A DNA stretch of 64,000 bases from Candidatus Eiseniibacteriota bacterium (GCA_963703225.1 OY969801.1:672001-736000); one strand, 5' to 3'. Positions 36,747-47,933 are shown, counted from the stretch's first letter. Notes: generated by a model not told the origin, from the letters alone. Translations and numbers: made by a program.

Positions 36747-39700
36747 ATGCGATCGCGATTCCGCTCTCGGCGGCGCGCCTTGACGCTCCTGGAGCGGCGT
36801 TCCTATAATCACGCGTCTCCGATCCTCTCGATCTCTCAGACCCGAGGGAATACTCCCATCCTTCCACGATCCGTCCCCCGGAAGTCAGGCTGTGTCCGAA
36901 TCGCCGCGATCGCGTGGCTTGTGCTCGCCGTCAGCCCGTGTGCCGCGGCGCCGGCCCCGTCCGGCGCCGGCACGCCCGCGTCGCGCATGGGGGTCGCCCG
37001 CGCCGCCGCCCAGGACGTTCGCGGGACCACGCTCGAGTACGTCCCGGGGGAGATCCGGTTCGACACGCTGAGCGTGAACGGCGCGGCTTATTCGCGCGTG
37101 ACGGTGCGTGGAGCGGTCGTGGTGGAGAGCCCTGGCCGTCCGGCACTTCCCACCGCGACGCTCCACGTCGCGGTACCGGATGGCATGAGCCCGCGGGTCA
37201 AGATCGCCTCCGAGGAGTGGAACGAGCGCGCCGGGCCCGCGCCGCCCGTTCCGGTCACCAAGCAGCGCTTTGTCTCGGACGACCCCAAGACCGGCCCGGT
37301 GAGCGAGTTCACCATCGTGCCCGATCCATCCGTCTACGCCCGCGCCGCGGTCTATCCCGCGCAAGCGGTCGAATTGGGGCGGGGCGCGGCCGTCGGCGAG
37401 ATGTGGGTCGTGCCCATCTACGTCCACCCGATCCGCTGGGATCCCGCGGCCCGCGCCTATCGCCTCCTCGCGCGCATGACGATCCGGGTCGACTTCGTGC
37501 CGGCGAGCGACGCCGAGCGGGCGGGACGGCCCGCGGTCCGTCCGGGGGCGGACTCCGGGCCGTGGCAACGCGTCCAGGAGGGGATGGTCCAGAACTTCCA
37601 GTCGGCGCGCTCGTTCCCGGCGCGATCCAAATCGCTCCCGCGTCCGGCGGCGCGCGCGCGACTCTTCGCCAACCCCGAATACAAGCTCTCGGTCACGACG
37701 ACGGGGTGGATCTCGGTCAGCTTTGCCGCGCTAAGCGCGGCCGGCTTCCCGCCCGACATCCCGATCAACCAGATCATCGTCTCCGAAAAGGGCTACGACG
37801 ACGTGGGGGACAGCGCGACGGTGACGCCGATCCCAGTCGTCCCGCGGGACAACAATTTCAATTCGACGTTTGACGTGCCCGACGTGATCACGTTCTACGC
37901 GCAGAGCCTCAGGGATCGGGTCGGCGCGGGGTCGCTGGAGAACCGATACGCCGACGCGAATATCTACTGGCTCTCGTGGGCCAACGCGCCGGTCGCTCCC
38001 ATCGACTCCATCTCGGGCACGATCGTCGATCCCTCGCCCGCCACGCCGACGTCATTCCACGACACGATCCACCTCGAGAAGGACCTGCTGATGTTGGCGT
38101 CCCCCAATCCGACCGTCGCGTCGCCGCCGGAGGCGGTGGACCACTTCTTCTGGACGGACGGCAACCAGGACGCCCCGGACACATTCGACCAGCCGATCCC
38201 GTTCGTCGACCCCGACGTGTCGCAGCCCTTCCAGATCCGGGCGTACTACCAGGGCCAGAACAACTGGGTCCACCGCCTGAACATCACCTATCAATCCTCC
38301 ACCGCCATCACCGATGTGCTCGCCGCGAATCAGATCTTCTTCAACCAGGACGTGTTCGGGCTGGATACGGGCCTCACGATCCCGGGGTCGCACATCGGCG
38401 CCGGCACGAATCGATACCGACATGTCGGCGATGCCCAGTCCCTGTCGGGCGGACCGTTCGGGAACGGCAGCCGGGCCTGGCTCGACTGGGTGGAGGTCAC
38501 CTACTCGCGCCTCTACAAGCCGGTGAATGAAGCGCTTCAGTTCACGAGCGGCGGCTCGGGCGGGATTGCGGAGCTTCGGATCGGCCACTTCCACTACTCG
38601 AACATCGAGGTCTACGACGTGACCAACCCCACCGCTCCGGTGCGCGTCGTGGACCTGGCGATCAATCCGGTCGGGCCGCCGCCGGCGTTCGAGGTGGTGT
38701 TCCGGACCGACGCCACGGCGGGGGAGCGCCGCTTCGTGGCGGTGACGCCCGAACCATGGAGCCCGCCCTGTCCGCTTCTGCCGTCACGGCCGAGGTACCT
38801 TCCACGCTGACCGTCCCGGGAGTCTACTCTTCGACAAGCGTCGCGCGCTCGATCATCATCGCGCCGAAGTCGTTTCTCACCCCGGTGAACCGTCTGGCCG
38901 ACTTCCGGAGGTTGCAGGGGTACGTGGTCGAGGTCGCGGACATCCAGGACGTCTACGACGAGTTCAATGGCGGCGTCAAATCGGCCCGAGCCATCCGCCG
39001 CTACATCCGTCACGCCTATCTGGCGTGGACCCCCAAGCCCACGTTCGTCGTGCTGGCGGGGGATGCGAGCATGGACTACAAAGGCCACCTCGTGACCAGC
39101 AGCGTCGACTGGATCCCGACCTATCTGCAATTCGAGACTATCCCGGGTCCGCAGGGCGTGGAGCTGGTCGCGAACGACTCCCACTATTCGATCAATCTCT
39201 CCGCCGTCGTTCCCGGAGATATCGATTTTGTGTCGAGCGTCTTCTTGGCCAGGATCCCTGCTGGGAGCGCCGCAGAGCTCGACGTGGTCGTAAGCAAGGT
39301 TATTCAGTACGAGAACTTCCAGCCTACCGACACCTGGCGAGGGCGTCAGCTTCTCGTGTCGGACGATGAGTATTCCTCTGGCTTGTTTTCCACCGGCGGC
39401 TATTGCGAGTCGACCCAGCGAGGCGCTTTTTCAGGCAGGCCAACCAGGACATGGCCAACACGGCCAGCGCGAGCCAGTCGGGCCAGGATCTTCGATCCGA
39501 CTTCTTCGACCTGAAGACCTACACCGATCCTCTGCGCGACTTTTCCAGACCGGTTCGGAAATCCCTGTCGAAACTTGACGAACGTCAAGTCCGCTCTCGC
39601 GGGTCCCGGCAACGCCTACGATGTCTTGGCAAATCAATTTAGCCAAGGTGCCTTGATCGTCAACGTTGAGTCTCACGCGAACCGTTACCTGATCGCGCAT

Positions 39701-41096
39701 GAAGAGATTTACTGCATCGGGTCGACGCCCTTTTGCTCGTCGGAGCTGGACCCGAGTCGGATTCTGAACATCGGAACGGCCCTGCCCTTCTCATGATCTG
39801 GGGATGCCACGCGAATCAATTTCCCGATGGGCCGTTATACCGTGCTGTCAGCTACAGACAGCACGGACGCGATCGGTGAGGAGTGGCTGCTGATCGCCAA
39901 TCGCGGGTCGATCGGCTCGCTGGGGAGCAGCGCGTTTGAGTTCTGAACACGAACACGATCTACAACCTCGTCCGTGGCCGAGGCCTTCTTCATCGACCCC
40001 ACCGCACCGTCCCGCCGCCCGGGCAGCCGCGCCGGGCTCGGTGGATCTGGGGAGGTACTTGGGTAGGCCGCGATACGAGAACGGGATGAGCCTCGATTTC
40101 AGGTTCAGTCGGTCATGAACCGCACGTGTGAATCTCCTCGGCGACCCCATGCTCCGGATGGATGCCTTGCCGCCTCGCGTCTTCGAGGTCAAGCTCGGCG
40201 GGGTAGTCTACGCGGACGGCGCCGCGTTCACCAGCGACTCGCCCACCGACAGCGTCACGCTCGTGGCCAAGGTGCGGGACGAGGCCAGCGTGGCGCAGAC
40301 CACCCTCGCCGAGCGGGACGTGGCGAGTGGGATCATCTCGCCGATCGACCCCACCCTTTATACGATTGCGGTTTCCGACACCGGGCGCCTCATGACGTTG
40401 ACCACCCGTGCGCGGCCGAGGGTGGGGAACTACGACCTCCAAATCCGGGCCATCGATGGGAACGGCCGGCTCCAGGTCTTCGCTCTGCACGTGAGGACGC
40501 CGGTCCTATATAAGGCGAACAGCGTCCCCATCTTGAACGGGGTCTTCGTGGAGAACGACGCGATCCTACGCGCGGAAGTGACCACGCCGATTCCGGTGAC
40601 CGCCGATTCGCTCCAGCTTTTCCTCGACGGCATCCCGATCACCGTGACCAAGACGCACGATGCCGCGGGGCGCCAGTGGGTCCTCGAAGGACTCCGCGAA
40701 GGGCGCGGGCCAGGCTCTCACACGCTCCAGATCGCAGTCGGCGGCCGCACGGCAGGGCTCGATCAGGTTGCCTACCAGGTCAGCACCCAATTCGCCATGC
40801 GCGGCGTGGCGGTGGTGAGCCCCCAGATTCAGGGAACCGGGTGTGGCGGCTCCATATTCCAATACGAGCTGAGCGCGCCCGCCAGCAAGGTGGAGCTGCT
40901 CCTGCTCACCGTGGCGGGTAGAAGGGTTTCCTCGGTCCAGATGGTCGGGAGCGCGGGCCTCAACGTCTACTGCTGGGACGGCCGCGACTCGGAGGGACAC
41001 GACACCGCGGCCGGCGTCTACCTCTACCGGATCAAGGCGACCGACGCCACGGGCCGCACCGCTAGCCACGACGGCAGGATGATTCGTCCGCGGTGA
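36747..41096 (+). CDS. Large secreted peptidase C25 (gingipain/PorU-like) with propeptide and C-terminal FlgD-like domain; multiple frameshifts
   Basis: Propeptide-like GRPALP...VAVPDG. C25 motifs LADFRRLQG..V.V..IQDVYDEFNGG, FVVLAGDAS.DYK, LARIPA. Candidate catalytic ESHAN and WGCHA. NLLGDP. Tail WDGRDSEG..AAGVYLYRI. Confidence 0.8.
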
Positions 41097-42019
41097 GAGA
41101 CCGGCGGAGCGGGAAGGCGATTTTTCGGGAGCTGGCCGGGCTCGTCACCGAGGAGCGGAATCCGCGCTCCCGCCGCCTCGACCAGCTCTCGACGCCGCGC
41201 GTCCTTCGGCTCATGAACCGCGAGGACCAGCGCGTTCCGCGCGCCGTGGCCCGCGAGATTCCCCGAATCGCGAAGGCGGTCGATCTGATCGTGAAGCGTC
41301 TCCTCCGCGGGGGCCGCCTCTTCTACGTCGGCGCCGGCACGAGCGGGCGGCTCGGCGTCCTCGACGCCGCCGAGTGCCCGCCAACCTTCGGCACCCCGAG
41401 GACCCTGGTCCAGGGGATCATCGCCGGCGGGCGGCGGGCGCTCGTCCGCTCGGTCGAGGGCGCCGAGGACGACGCGAAGGCCGCGGCCGCGGCGCTCAGG
41501 AAGCGCCGCGTCGGGGCGAAGGACGTCGTGGTCGGGATCATGGCGAGCCGACGCACCCCCTACGCGCTCGGTGGAATCGCCTACGGGCGGAAGGTGGGTG
41601 CCGGGACGATCGTTGTCACCGCGAACCCCGCCGGCGGGACGAAGATCAGCTGCGATGTGATCATCGCGCCCCGCGTCGGCCCCGAGGTGCTCACCGGGTC
41701 GACCCGGCTCAAGGCAGGCACCGCGCAGAAGCTGGTCTTGAACATGCTCTCGACCGCGACCATGATCCGGCTGGGCAAGGTCTACGAGAACCTGATGGTC
41801 GATCTGAGGACCGCGAGCCGAAAGTTGGAGGAGCGGACCAAGCGGGTCTTGATGCACGCGGCGAACGTGCGGTATGGGGACACCTCTCAGTGGCTGAAGC
41901 GCGCGGGTGGGTCGCTCAAGGTGGCGATCGTGATGCGCCGGGCGGGCGTCACCCGTGTCGAGGCGAAGCGAAGGCTGAAGGGGGCCCAGGGATGGGTTCG
42001 AAAGGCGATACAAGGGTAG
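41093..42019 (+). CDS. murQ: N-acetylmuramic acid 6-phosphate etherase
   Basis: TEERNP, GAGTSGRLGVLDAAECPPTFG, EGAEDD, GPEVLTGSTRLKAGTAQKLVLNMLST. Confidence 0.96.
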   Translation: MRDRRSGKAIFRELAGLVTEERNPRSRRLDQLSTPRVLRLMNREDQRVPRAVAREIPRIAKAVDLIVKRLLRGGRLFYVGAGTSGRLGVLDAAECPPTFGTPRTLVQGIIAGGRRALVRSVEGAEDDAKAAAAALRKRRVGAKDVVVGIMASRRTPYALGGIAYGRKVGAGTIVVTANPAGGTKISCDVIIAPRVGPEVLTGSTRLKAGTAQKLVLNMLSTATMIRLGKVYENLMVDLRTASRKLEERTKRVLMHAANVRYGDTSQWLKRAGGSLKVAIVMRRAGVTRVEAKRRLKGAQGWVRKAIQG

Positions 42020-43236
42020 TCGCGGCGCTCACGGCCTCCGCGCTGATCTTTTTTGGAGTCGGCTGCGCGAAGAACGATTCGGGCAAACGGACGGTCGTCT
42101 TCTGGCAGTTTTCCCCGCTCGCCGCGATCCAGCCGATCCTCGACCGATTCGAAGCCGAAAATCCCGCGATTCACGTCCAGGTGGAGCAGCTCACGTGGCA
42201 GAGCGGCCGCGAAAAGATCGTCGCCGCCGTCGCCGCGGGACGTCCGCCCGACCTCTGCGAGCTGGGCTCCACGTTCCTTCCCGGGCTGGTCGCCGACAGC
42301 ACGCTGGTCGACCTGACCGGGAAGATCGCCGACCTCCGCGGCTCGCTCCTGGGATGGAAGGTGGTGGGGTACCGAGACCGCGCCTACGCGCTTCCCTGGA
42401 TGCTCGGGACTCGCGCGATCTACATCAACGATGACCTCTTCGCGCGAGCCGGGCTCGACCCCAAGAAACCCCCGACCACCTGGGCCGAGCTGCTCCGCGC
42501 CGCGCGGCTGATCAGCGAGAAGGTTCCCGACGCCAAGGGATTCGGAATGAACGCGGGGGAACGGGAGATCCTCTTCAAGAAGTTCATGCCCTTCGCGTGG
42601 GGGAACGGCGGCGACATCCTCGATTCCACGATGACCCGGAGCGTCGTCGCGAGCGCGGCGAACCTCGAGGCCCTGAAGTTCTACCTTTCCCTCAAGCCAT
42701 ATTCCCTCCTCGACCGCCAGGAAATGCACGAGGAAGCGTTCGCCAAGGGACGGTTGGGGATCATCATCTCGGGACCCTGGCTGCTCCGGACGCTGCCGGA
42801 GCGGGCCCCCGATCTCCACTTCTCGGTCGCCCTCATGCCGTGTCCCGCCGTGGACCACGGCATTCCCGCCTCCTTCGCGGGCGCGGAAGTGCTCGGCGTG
42901 TTCCGGAACGCCAAAGCCCCCGATGACGCGCTCCACCTCGCCCGCTTCCTGGTTCGCGCCGAGAACACGATGCCGCTCTTCAAGGAAACGGGGAACGCGT
43001 TTCCGGCCGCGTGGGCCTCGGCCAACGATGCCTACTTCGCCGAGCATCCAAAGGACGTCGTCTTCCTCCTGCAGCTCAAGACCGCGGTGGGCCCGCCGCT
43101 CCACCCCCGCTGGGTGGAGATCGAGGAGATACTGAACGCCGAGCTGGAAGAGGCGATTTACGGGCGGGAGTCGGCCCAGGCGGCGCTGGCGTCGGCGGAC
43201 TCCAAGATCAACGCGGCCCTCGCGCGTCGGCCGTGA
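41992..43236 (+). CDS. Carbohydrate ABC transporter substrate-binding lipoprotein
   Basis: Lipobox GVGC, FEAENPAIHVQV, PPTTWAEL, FAKGRLGIIISGPW. Confidence 0.88.
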   Translation: MGSKGDTRVVAALTASALIFFGVGCAKNDSGKRTVVFWQFSPLAAIQPILDRFEAENPAIHVQVEQLTWQSGREKIVAAVAAGRPPDLCELGSTFLPGLVADSTLVDLTGKIADLRGSLLGWKVVGYRDRAYALPWMLGTRAIYINDDLFARAGLDPKKPPTTWAELLRAARLISEKVPDAKGFGMNAGEREILFKKFMPFAWGNGGDILDSTMTRSVVASAANLEALKFYLSLKPYSLLDRQEMHEEAFAKGRLGIIISGPWLLRTLPERAPDLHFSVALMPCPAVDHGIPASFAGAEVLGVFRNAKAPDDALHLARFLVRAENTMPLFKETGNAFPAAWASANDAYFAEHPKDVVFLLQLKTAVGPPLHPRWVEIEEILNAELEEAIYGRESAQAALASADSKINAALARRP

Positions 43237-44105
43237 AGGGCGGACGATCCCTCGTCGGAGTCGCCCCCTGGCTCACCTTCTTCGCGGTCTTCGGCCTCTT
43301 TCCTCTGGCACACGCGCTCGTCCTGAGCTTCTTCGCCTACAACCCGCTCCGCCCCGATCTGGCGCGGTGGGTGGGCTTTGACAACTACGCCCGCGCCCTC
43401 GCTTCTCCCTCGTTCTGGCATTCGCTCCGCACCACCGTGGTCTTCGCCGCGGGGACCCTCCCGGTCACGCTGACGCTGGCCTACGGGGTCGCGGCGCTCC
43501 TCGGGCGCGCCCGGCGGGCCGAGGGTTTCTTCAGGGCGGCGATCTTCTTTCCCGCGACGCTCTCCATGGTCGTGATCTCGCTGGTCTTCAAGTCGATGTA
43601 CGCGGAGGAAGGACTCCTGAACGGGTGGCTCGCGGGGGCCGGCTTGCCGCGACTCCACTGGCTCCTCGATTCGCACTTGGCACTCCCGTCGATCATGGCG
43701 ATGGATGTCTGGGCAAGCGTCGGCTACTACTCCATCTTGATTCTGGCCGCTCGAAAGACGCTCCCGGAGGAGCAGCTGGAGGCCGCGCGGCTCGAGGGGT
43801 TGCCGGCGCTCGCCATCGAGAGAAGGATCGTCCTCCCGCACGTTCAGCCGGTGCTCCTCTTCGTCGTGCTGCTCAACACGATCCGGTCGTTTCAGATCTT
43901 CATCGAGGTCTTCGTCCTGACTCGGGGCGGGCCGCTCGAGAGCACGCTCACCCTCGTCTACCACCTCTACGAGCGCGCCTTCTATCACTTCGAGATGGGC
44001 TACGCGTCGGCCCTGGCGTTCCTTCTTCTGATCTTCGTCGGGCTGGTTCTCGTCATCCAAAGGCGTCTCTTGGGCCGCGAGGCGGCGGGAACGGGAACGG
44101 CGTGA
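43233..44105 (+). CDS. Carbohydrate ABC transporter permease
   Basis: VGFDNY, EAARLEG (EAA loop), LTRGGP. Confidence 0.9.
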   Translation: MKGGRSLVGVAPWLTFFAVFGLFPLAHALVLSFFAYNPLRPDLARWVGFDNYARALASPSFWHSLRTTVVFAAGTLPVTLTLAYGVAALLGRARRAEGFFRAAIFFPATLSMVVISLVFKSMYAEEGLLNGWLAGAGLPRLHWLLDSHLALPSIMAMDVWASVGYYSILILAARKTLPEEQLEAARLEGLPALAIERRIVLPHVQPVLLFVVLLNTIRSFQIFIEVFVLTRGGPLESTLTLVYHLYERAFYHFEMGYASALAFLLLIFVGLVLVIQRRLLGREAAGTGTA

Positions 44106-44208
44106 GTGCTCGCGGCGTAACTCGGAGCGGGGTGGGCGGGAGCGGCGTGGGAGGGAGCGGCGTGAGCGCTCGCGGCATGGGAGGGAGCGGCATGGGCGCG
44201 CGCGGCGT
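44100..44208 (+). repeat. ~7 degenerate 15-bp tandem repeats at the permease junction
   Basis: gcgtgagtgctcgcg / gcgtaactcggagcg / gggtgggcgggagcg / gcgtgggagggagcg / gcgtgagcgctcgcg / gcatgggagggagcg / gcatgggcgcgcgcg. Confidence 0.75.
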
Positions 44209-45013
44209 CTCGGTCTGGGTCTACGCGGCGCTCGGAGCGATCGCGCTCTTCTCGCTCGCGCCGCTTCTCTACATGGCGCGCGTCTCGCTGGGGAAGGGGG
44301 GCGATCTCCCGGTCGCGCCCGGCGACTGGTTTGGCCAGCCGCTCTCGTTCGCGCACTATCGCGACCTCTTCTCCGGCGGGCCGATGGCCCGGTTCGCCCT
44401 CAATTCGATCGTGGTCACCGGGATCGCCGTTCCGATCCAGATCCTCCTCGCCGCCGCCGCGGGGCACGCCCTCGCCCGAGTTCGGTTCGTGGGACGGGGC
44501 GTCTTTCTCGCGCTCGCGACCGCGTTTCTGATCCTGCCGCGCCAGGTGACTCTCGTGCCGCTCTATCTGCTGCTCGCGTCGGTGGGTCTCCTCGACACCT
44601 ATCCGGCGCTCATCCTGCCCCATCTGGCCGATCCCTTTGGCGTTCTCTTCATGGCCCACTACTATCGGACGATGTCGCCCGAGCTGGAGGAGGCGGCGCG
44701 CACCGACGGCTGGTCTTCCCGCGCCATCTTCTGGAGGATCGTGCTCCCCCTCTCAGGACCGGGGCTCGCGGTGGTGGGGGTGAATGGGTTCTTGATCACC
44801 TGGAACGCGTTCCTCCACCCTCTGGTCTTGACGACCTCCGAGTCGATGCGGACGCTCCCCGTCGGGCTCGCGCTCTTCGCGCAGTCGGAGCACAGCGTGG
44901 ACTGGGGCGCGCTCCTGGCGGGTTCGAGTGTGGCGACGGCACCGGTCCTGATCGCGTTCGCGTTCTTCCAGAGGCAGATCGTGGAGGGGATTTTGAAGGG
45001 GAGTGGACGGTGA
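44102..45013 (+). CDS. Carbohydrate ABC transporter permease (start uncertain; may be 44177 or 44192)
   Basis: LNSIVV, ELEEAARTDG, WNAFLHPL, RTLPVGL, FQRQIVEG. Confidence 0.9.
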   Translation: MSARGVTRSGVGGSGVGGSGVSARGMGGSGMGARGVSVWVYAALGAIALFSLAPLLYMARVSLGKGGDLPVAPGDWFGQPLSFAHYRDLFSGGPMARFALNSIVVTGIAVPIQILLAAAAGHALARVRFVGRGVFLALATAFLILPRQVTLVPLYLLLASVGLLDTYPALILPHLADPFGVLFMAHYYRTMSPELEEAARTDGWSSRAIFWRIVLPLSGPGLAVVGVNGFLITWNAFLHPLVLTTSESMRTLPVGLALFAQSEHSVDWGALLAGSSVATAPVLIAFAFFQRQIVEGILKGSGR

Positions 45014-45070
45014 GGTGGGGGCCTTCTGTGAATCGGCGGCGCTCGGTGACTCGAGGGCCGCGATGAGTCC

Positions 45071-46270
45071 ATGGCGCACGATGAGTGGAGGGCCGCGATG
45101 AGCCGCGCGGACGCGGCGGGCTACGCCCGCGCCGTCGGAATCATGAGCGGCACCTCGGCCGATGGCGTGGATGCCGTGGTCATTCGGGTCGAGCGGAGCT
45201 TGCCCAAGGCTCGAAGCGTGCTCCTGTCCTCGGCCTCGAGACCCTACACGGACGCCCTGCGCCGTCGCGTGCTCGGCGCGCAGGAAGGGACGCTCCCCAT
45301 GCGGGACCTCTTGGCGCTCCACGTCGAGCTGGCGGAGGTCGCGGCGTCGGCGGCGCGCGCCGCCCTCGATTCGCCGGACGCGCGCGGCCCGGCGCCCACA
45401 GTCGCCGGGTATCACGGGCAGACGGTGTTTCACGATCCGCACGGAGACCGCTCCGGGAAGCGGGTCTCCTCGCAGATCGGCGAGCCAGCGGTGATCGCGG
45501 CCGCGCTCGGCTGTCCGGTGGTGACCAATTTCCGGATGGCGGACATCCTCGCGGGCGGCGAGGGCGCACCCCTCGTGCCCCGCTTTGACTACCATCAGTT
45601 CGCGTCCGAGAAGCGGGACCGCGTGCTCCTCAATCTCGGGGGGATCGCCAACCTGACCCGGATCCCGGCTGGCGCCGGGCTCTCGGAGATCGTCGCGTTC
45701 GACTGCGGGCCGGGGAACATGCTGCTCGACGGCATCATCGCGTCGCAAAGCTCCGGTGGCGCGCGGTTCGACGCGGGAGGAGCGCTGGCGGCCGCGGGCC
45801 ACGCGGCCGAGGACGTGGTCCGTGATTTCCTTTCGGAGCCCTTCTTCACGCGGCGCCCGCCCAAGAGCGCGGGCCGGGAGGATTTTGGGGCGGGCTACCT
45901 TTCGAGGTTCCTCGCCCGGACCGAGAGGATGACGGTGGCCGATCGGCTCCGAACGGCGGCCGCGATCACCGCGTCAGCGGTGGCGAAGGGCATCGAGATG
46001 TCGGGGAAGGGAATCCCGAACGAGGTGCTCGTCTCGGGAGGCGGCGCCCGGAACGAAACGCTGCTGGAGGAAATCCGGTCGCGGCTGCGGGGCCCCCAAG
46101 TCTCGACGACGGAATCGCTCGGCGTGCCGGTCGAGGCGAAGGAGGCCATGGCATTCGGATTTCTGGCTCTCCTCACGATCCTGGGGCGGCCCGGCAACGT
46201 ACCTTCGGCCACCGGCGCCAAGAGGGAGGTCGTGCTTGGCTCCATCACGCCGCCGCCCAATCCGCGGTAA
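45071..46270 (+). CDS. anmK: Anhydro-N-acetylmuramic acid kinase
   Basis: GIMSGTSADGVD, HGQTVFH, DILAGGEGAPLVP, NLGGIAN, FDCGPGN, KEAMAFG. Confidence 0.95.
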   Translation: MAHDEWRAAMSRADAAGYARAVGIMSGTSADGVDAVVIRVERSLPKARSVLLSSASRPYTDALRRRVLGAQEGTLPMRDLLALHVELAEVAASAARAALDSPDARGPAPTVAGYHGQTVFHDPHGDRSGKRVSSQIGEPAVIAAALGCPVVTNFRMADILAGGEGAPLVPRFDYHQFASEKRDRVLLNLGGIANLTRIPAGAGLSEIVAFDCGPGNMLLDGIIASQSSGGARFDAGGALAAAGHAAEDVVRDFLSEPFFTRRPPKSAGREDFGAGYLSRFLARTERMTVADRLRTAAAITASAVAKGIEMSGKGIPNEVLVSGGGARNETLLEEIRSRLRGPQVSTTESLGVPVEAKEAMAFGFLALLTILGRPGNVPSATGAKREVVLGSITPPPNPR

Positions 46271-46274
46271 TCGG

Positions 46275-47636
46275 GTGAGGCGAGCTCCGGTCGCGGTTGA
46301 CGCTCTCGCGATCGCGATCCTGGCCATCGCCGTTGCCGGTTGCGCCGGATCCAGACGCGAGTCTCCTGCGCCGACACCGACCGGCACTCCATCGTCCTCC
46401 GCGCCTTCCACGCCACAGCCCGGGGGGGTGACGAGGATCGCGCCCCCATCCGGCGATTGGAGGAATGTTCGGTCGATCAAGGTCGGCCTCGCGGTCGGCG
46501 CGGGTCGGGTCCTGGTTGCCGGGTCCAAGGACTGGACTCTGCGTCGCCTCCGCGGCGATGAGATCGCCCGGGAAAAGGGGGGTGCGCGGCTTCGCCTCAC
46601 GAGGATGGGAGCCGGCGCGTTTGAAGTCTTCCGGGAGGGCGAGCCCGCGCCCCTCTGGTCCGGCACGCCCGCCGACACGCTCGTGCTCGAGCCTGGAGAT
46701 CAGGGCTACTCGGGTTGGGGTGGCAACTGGTACCGCGGGACGTTCCGAATTTTCACGTCCCAACCCGACGGGCTCACGTTGGTGAACGACGTCGACATGG
46801 AGGGCTATCTCAAGAGCGTCCTGCCGCACGAAATCGGCACGCCGCCCGAGAGCGACTTCGAGGCGGTCAAGGCCCAGGCGGTGGCCGCGCGGTCGTACAC
46901 GCTCTCCTACCTGGGGCGCCGCGCGCCGCTCGGATTCGACCTCTACGCGTCGGTGGAAGACCAGGTCTACGGCGGGATCACCCGGGAGAACGAGCAGAGC
47001 GAGCGGGCGCTTCACGCCACCCGGGGGGAGGTGATCGTGAGCGAGGGCGCGCCGATTCGGGCGCTCTACTCCTCGACCTGCGGCGGCAGGACGGCCAACG
47101 TCGAGGACGTCTGGCCGTGGCCCTGGACGCCCTACCTGCGCAGCATCCGGGACGCCGACGATTCCGGCGATCACGACTACTGCTCCGGCTCGGCGAACTA
47201 TCGCTGGCGCGAAGAGTGGGACGCGGGCGCGTTCATGGCGATGCTCCGCCAATATGGTCCCGCGGAGGGGGGCGCGCTCAACGTCCTCTCGGGGGACCTG
47301 CTGGACGTGAAGGTGAAGACCCGATCCCGCTGCGGCCGAGTCCAGGAGCTGGCGGTCACCACCACCGAGGGAGACTGGATTCTCCGCGGCGACCGGACGC
47401 GATGGGGGATCCGCCGCCCCGGTCAGGCCGCGATCTTGCGGAGCAGCTTCTTCAAGATCGGGGTGGTCCGGAACGGCGCCGGGAAGCCGGTTCGCGTTGT
47501 GGCGAGCGGGGCCGGCAACGGACATGGAATCGGGCTCTGCCAGTTTGGCGCGATGGGGATGGCGAGGGCCGGGAAGGGCTACCGCGCGATCCTCTCCCAT
47601 TACTACAAGAGCACTTCCGTCACCCGCGTGGGGTGA
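46275..47636 (+). CDS. SpoIID/LytB-domain lytic transglycosylase lipoprotein
   Basis: Lipobox VAGC, YLKSVLPHE, EAVKAQAVAARSY, DQVYGG, GNGHGIGLCQFGA. Confidence 0.9.
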   Translation: MRRAPVAVDALAIAILAIAVAGCAGSRRESPAPTPTGTPSSSAPSTPQPGGVTRIAPPSGDWRNVRSIKVGLAVGAGRVLVAGSKDWTLRRLRGDEIAREKGGARLRLTRMGAGAFEVFREGEPAPLWSGTPADTLVLEPGDQGYSGWGGNWYRGTFRIFTSQPDGLTLVNDVDMEGYLKSVLPHEIGTPPESDFEAVKAQAVAARSYTLSYLGRRAPLGFDLYASVEDQVYGGITRENEQSERALHATRGEVIVSEGAPIRALYSSTCGGRTANVEDVWPWPWTPYLRSIRDADDSGDHDYCSGSANYRWREEWDAGAFMAMLRQYGPAEGGALNVLSGDLLDVKVKTRSRCGRVQELAVTTTEGDWILRGDRTRWGIRRPGQAAILRSSFFKIGVVRNGAGKPVRVVASGAGNGHGIGLCQFGAMGMARAGKGYRAILSHYYKSTSVTRVG

Positions 47637-47717
47637 TTCGCGCGCGGCGGTCGTCGCACGGGACGGTCGCCAAGAGAGGCTGTCCTCGCACGGGCGCTGC
47701 CTGGCAGGGCTTTGAGA

Positions 47718-47746
47718 TTGACCCCTGCCGGCGGCCCGCCTATACT
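47718..47746 (+). promoter_or_regulatory. Sigma-70 promoter of tRNA-Asp
   Basis: TTGACC-N17-TATACT. Confidence 0.75.
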
Positions 47747-47775
47747 CCCCGTTCTGCTTTCGAATGCCTCTCGGT

Positions 47776-47852
47776 GGGGTCGTAGTTCAGCTGGTTAGAA
47801 CGCCTGCCTGTCACGCAGGAGGTCGCGGGTTCGAGTCCCGTCGGCCCCGCCA
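47776..47852 (+). tRNA. tRNA-Asp(GTC)
   Basis: GGGGTCG acceptor stem, anticodon arm CCTGC-CTGTCAC-GCAGG, GGTTCGAGTCC, CCA end; 77 nt. Confidence 0.97.
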
Positions 47853-47933
47853 CTTACTTCAAATCGGAAATCCACCAGTTGCCATCGACAAGCACGCCGG
47901 ACAGCAGCAAATTACGGCCGTGCCGCCGGCCCA

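Noticed and set aside
44100..44208. CRISPR array
   Set aside because: Contiguous degenerate 15-mers with no spacers and no cas genes.
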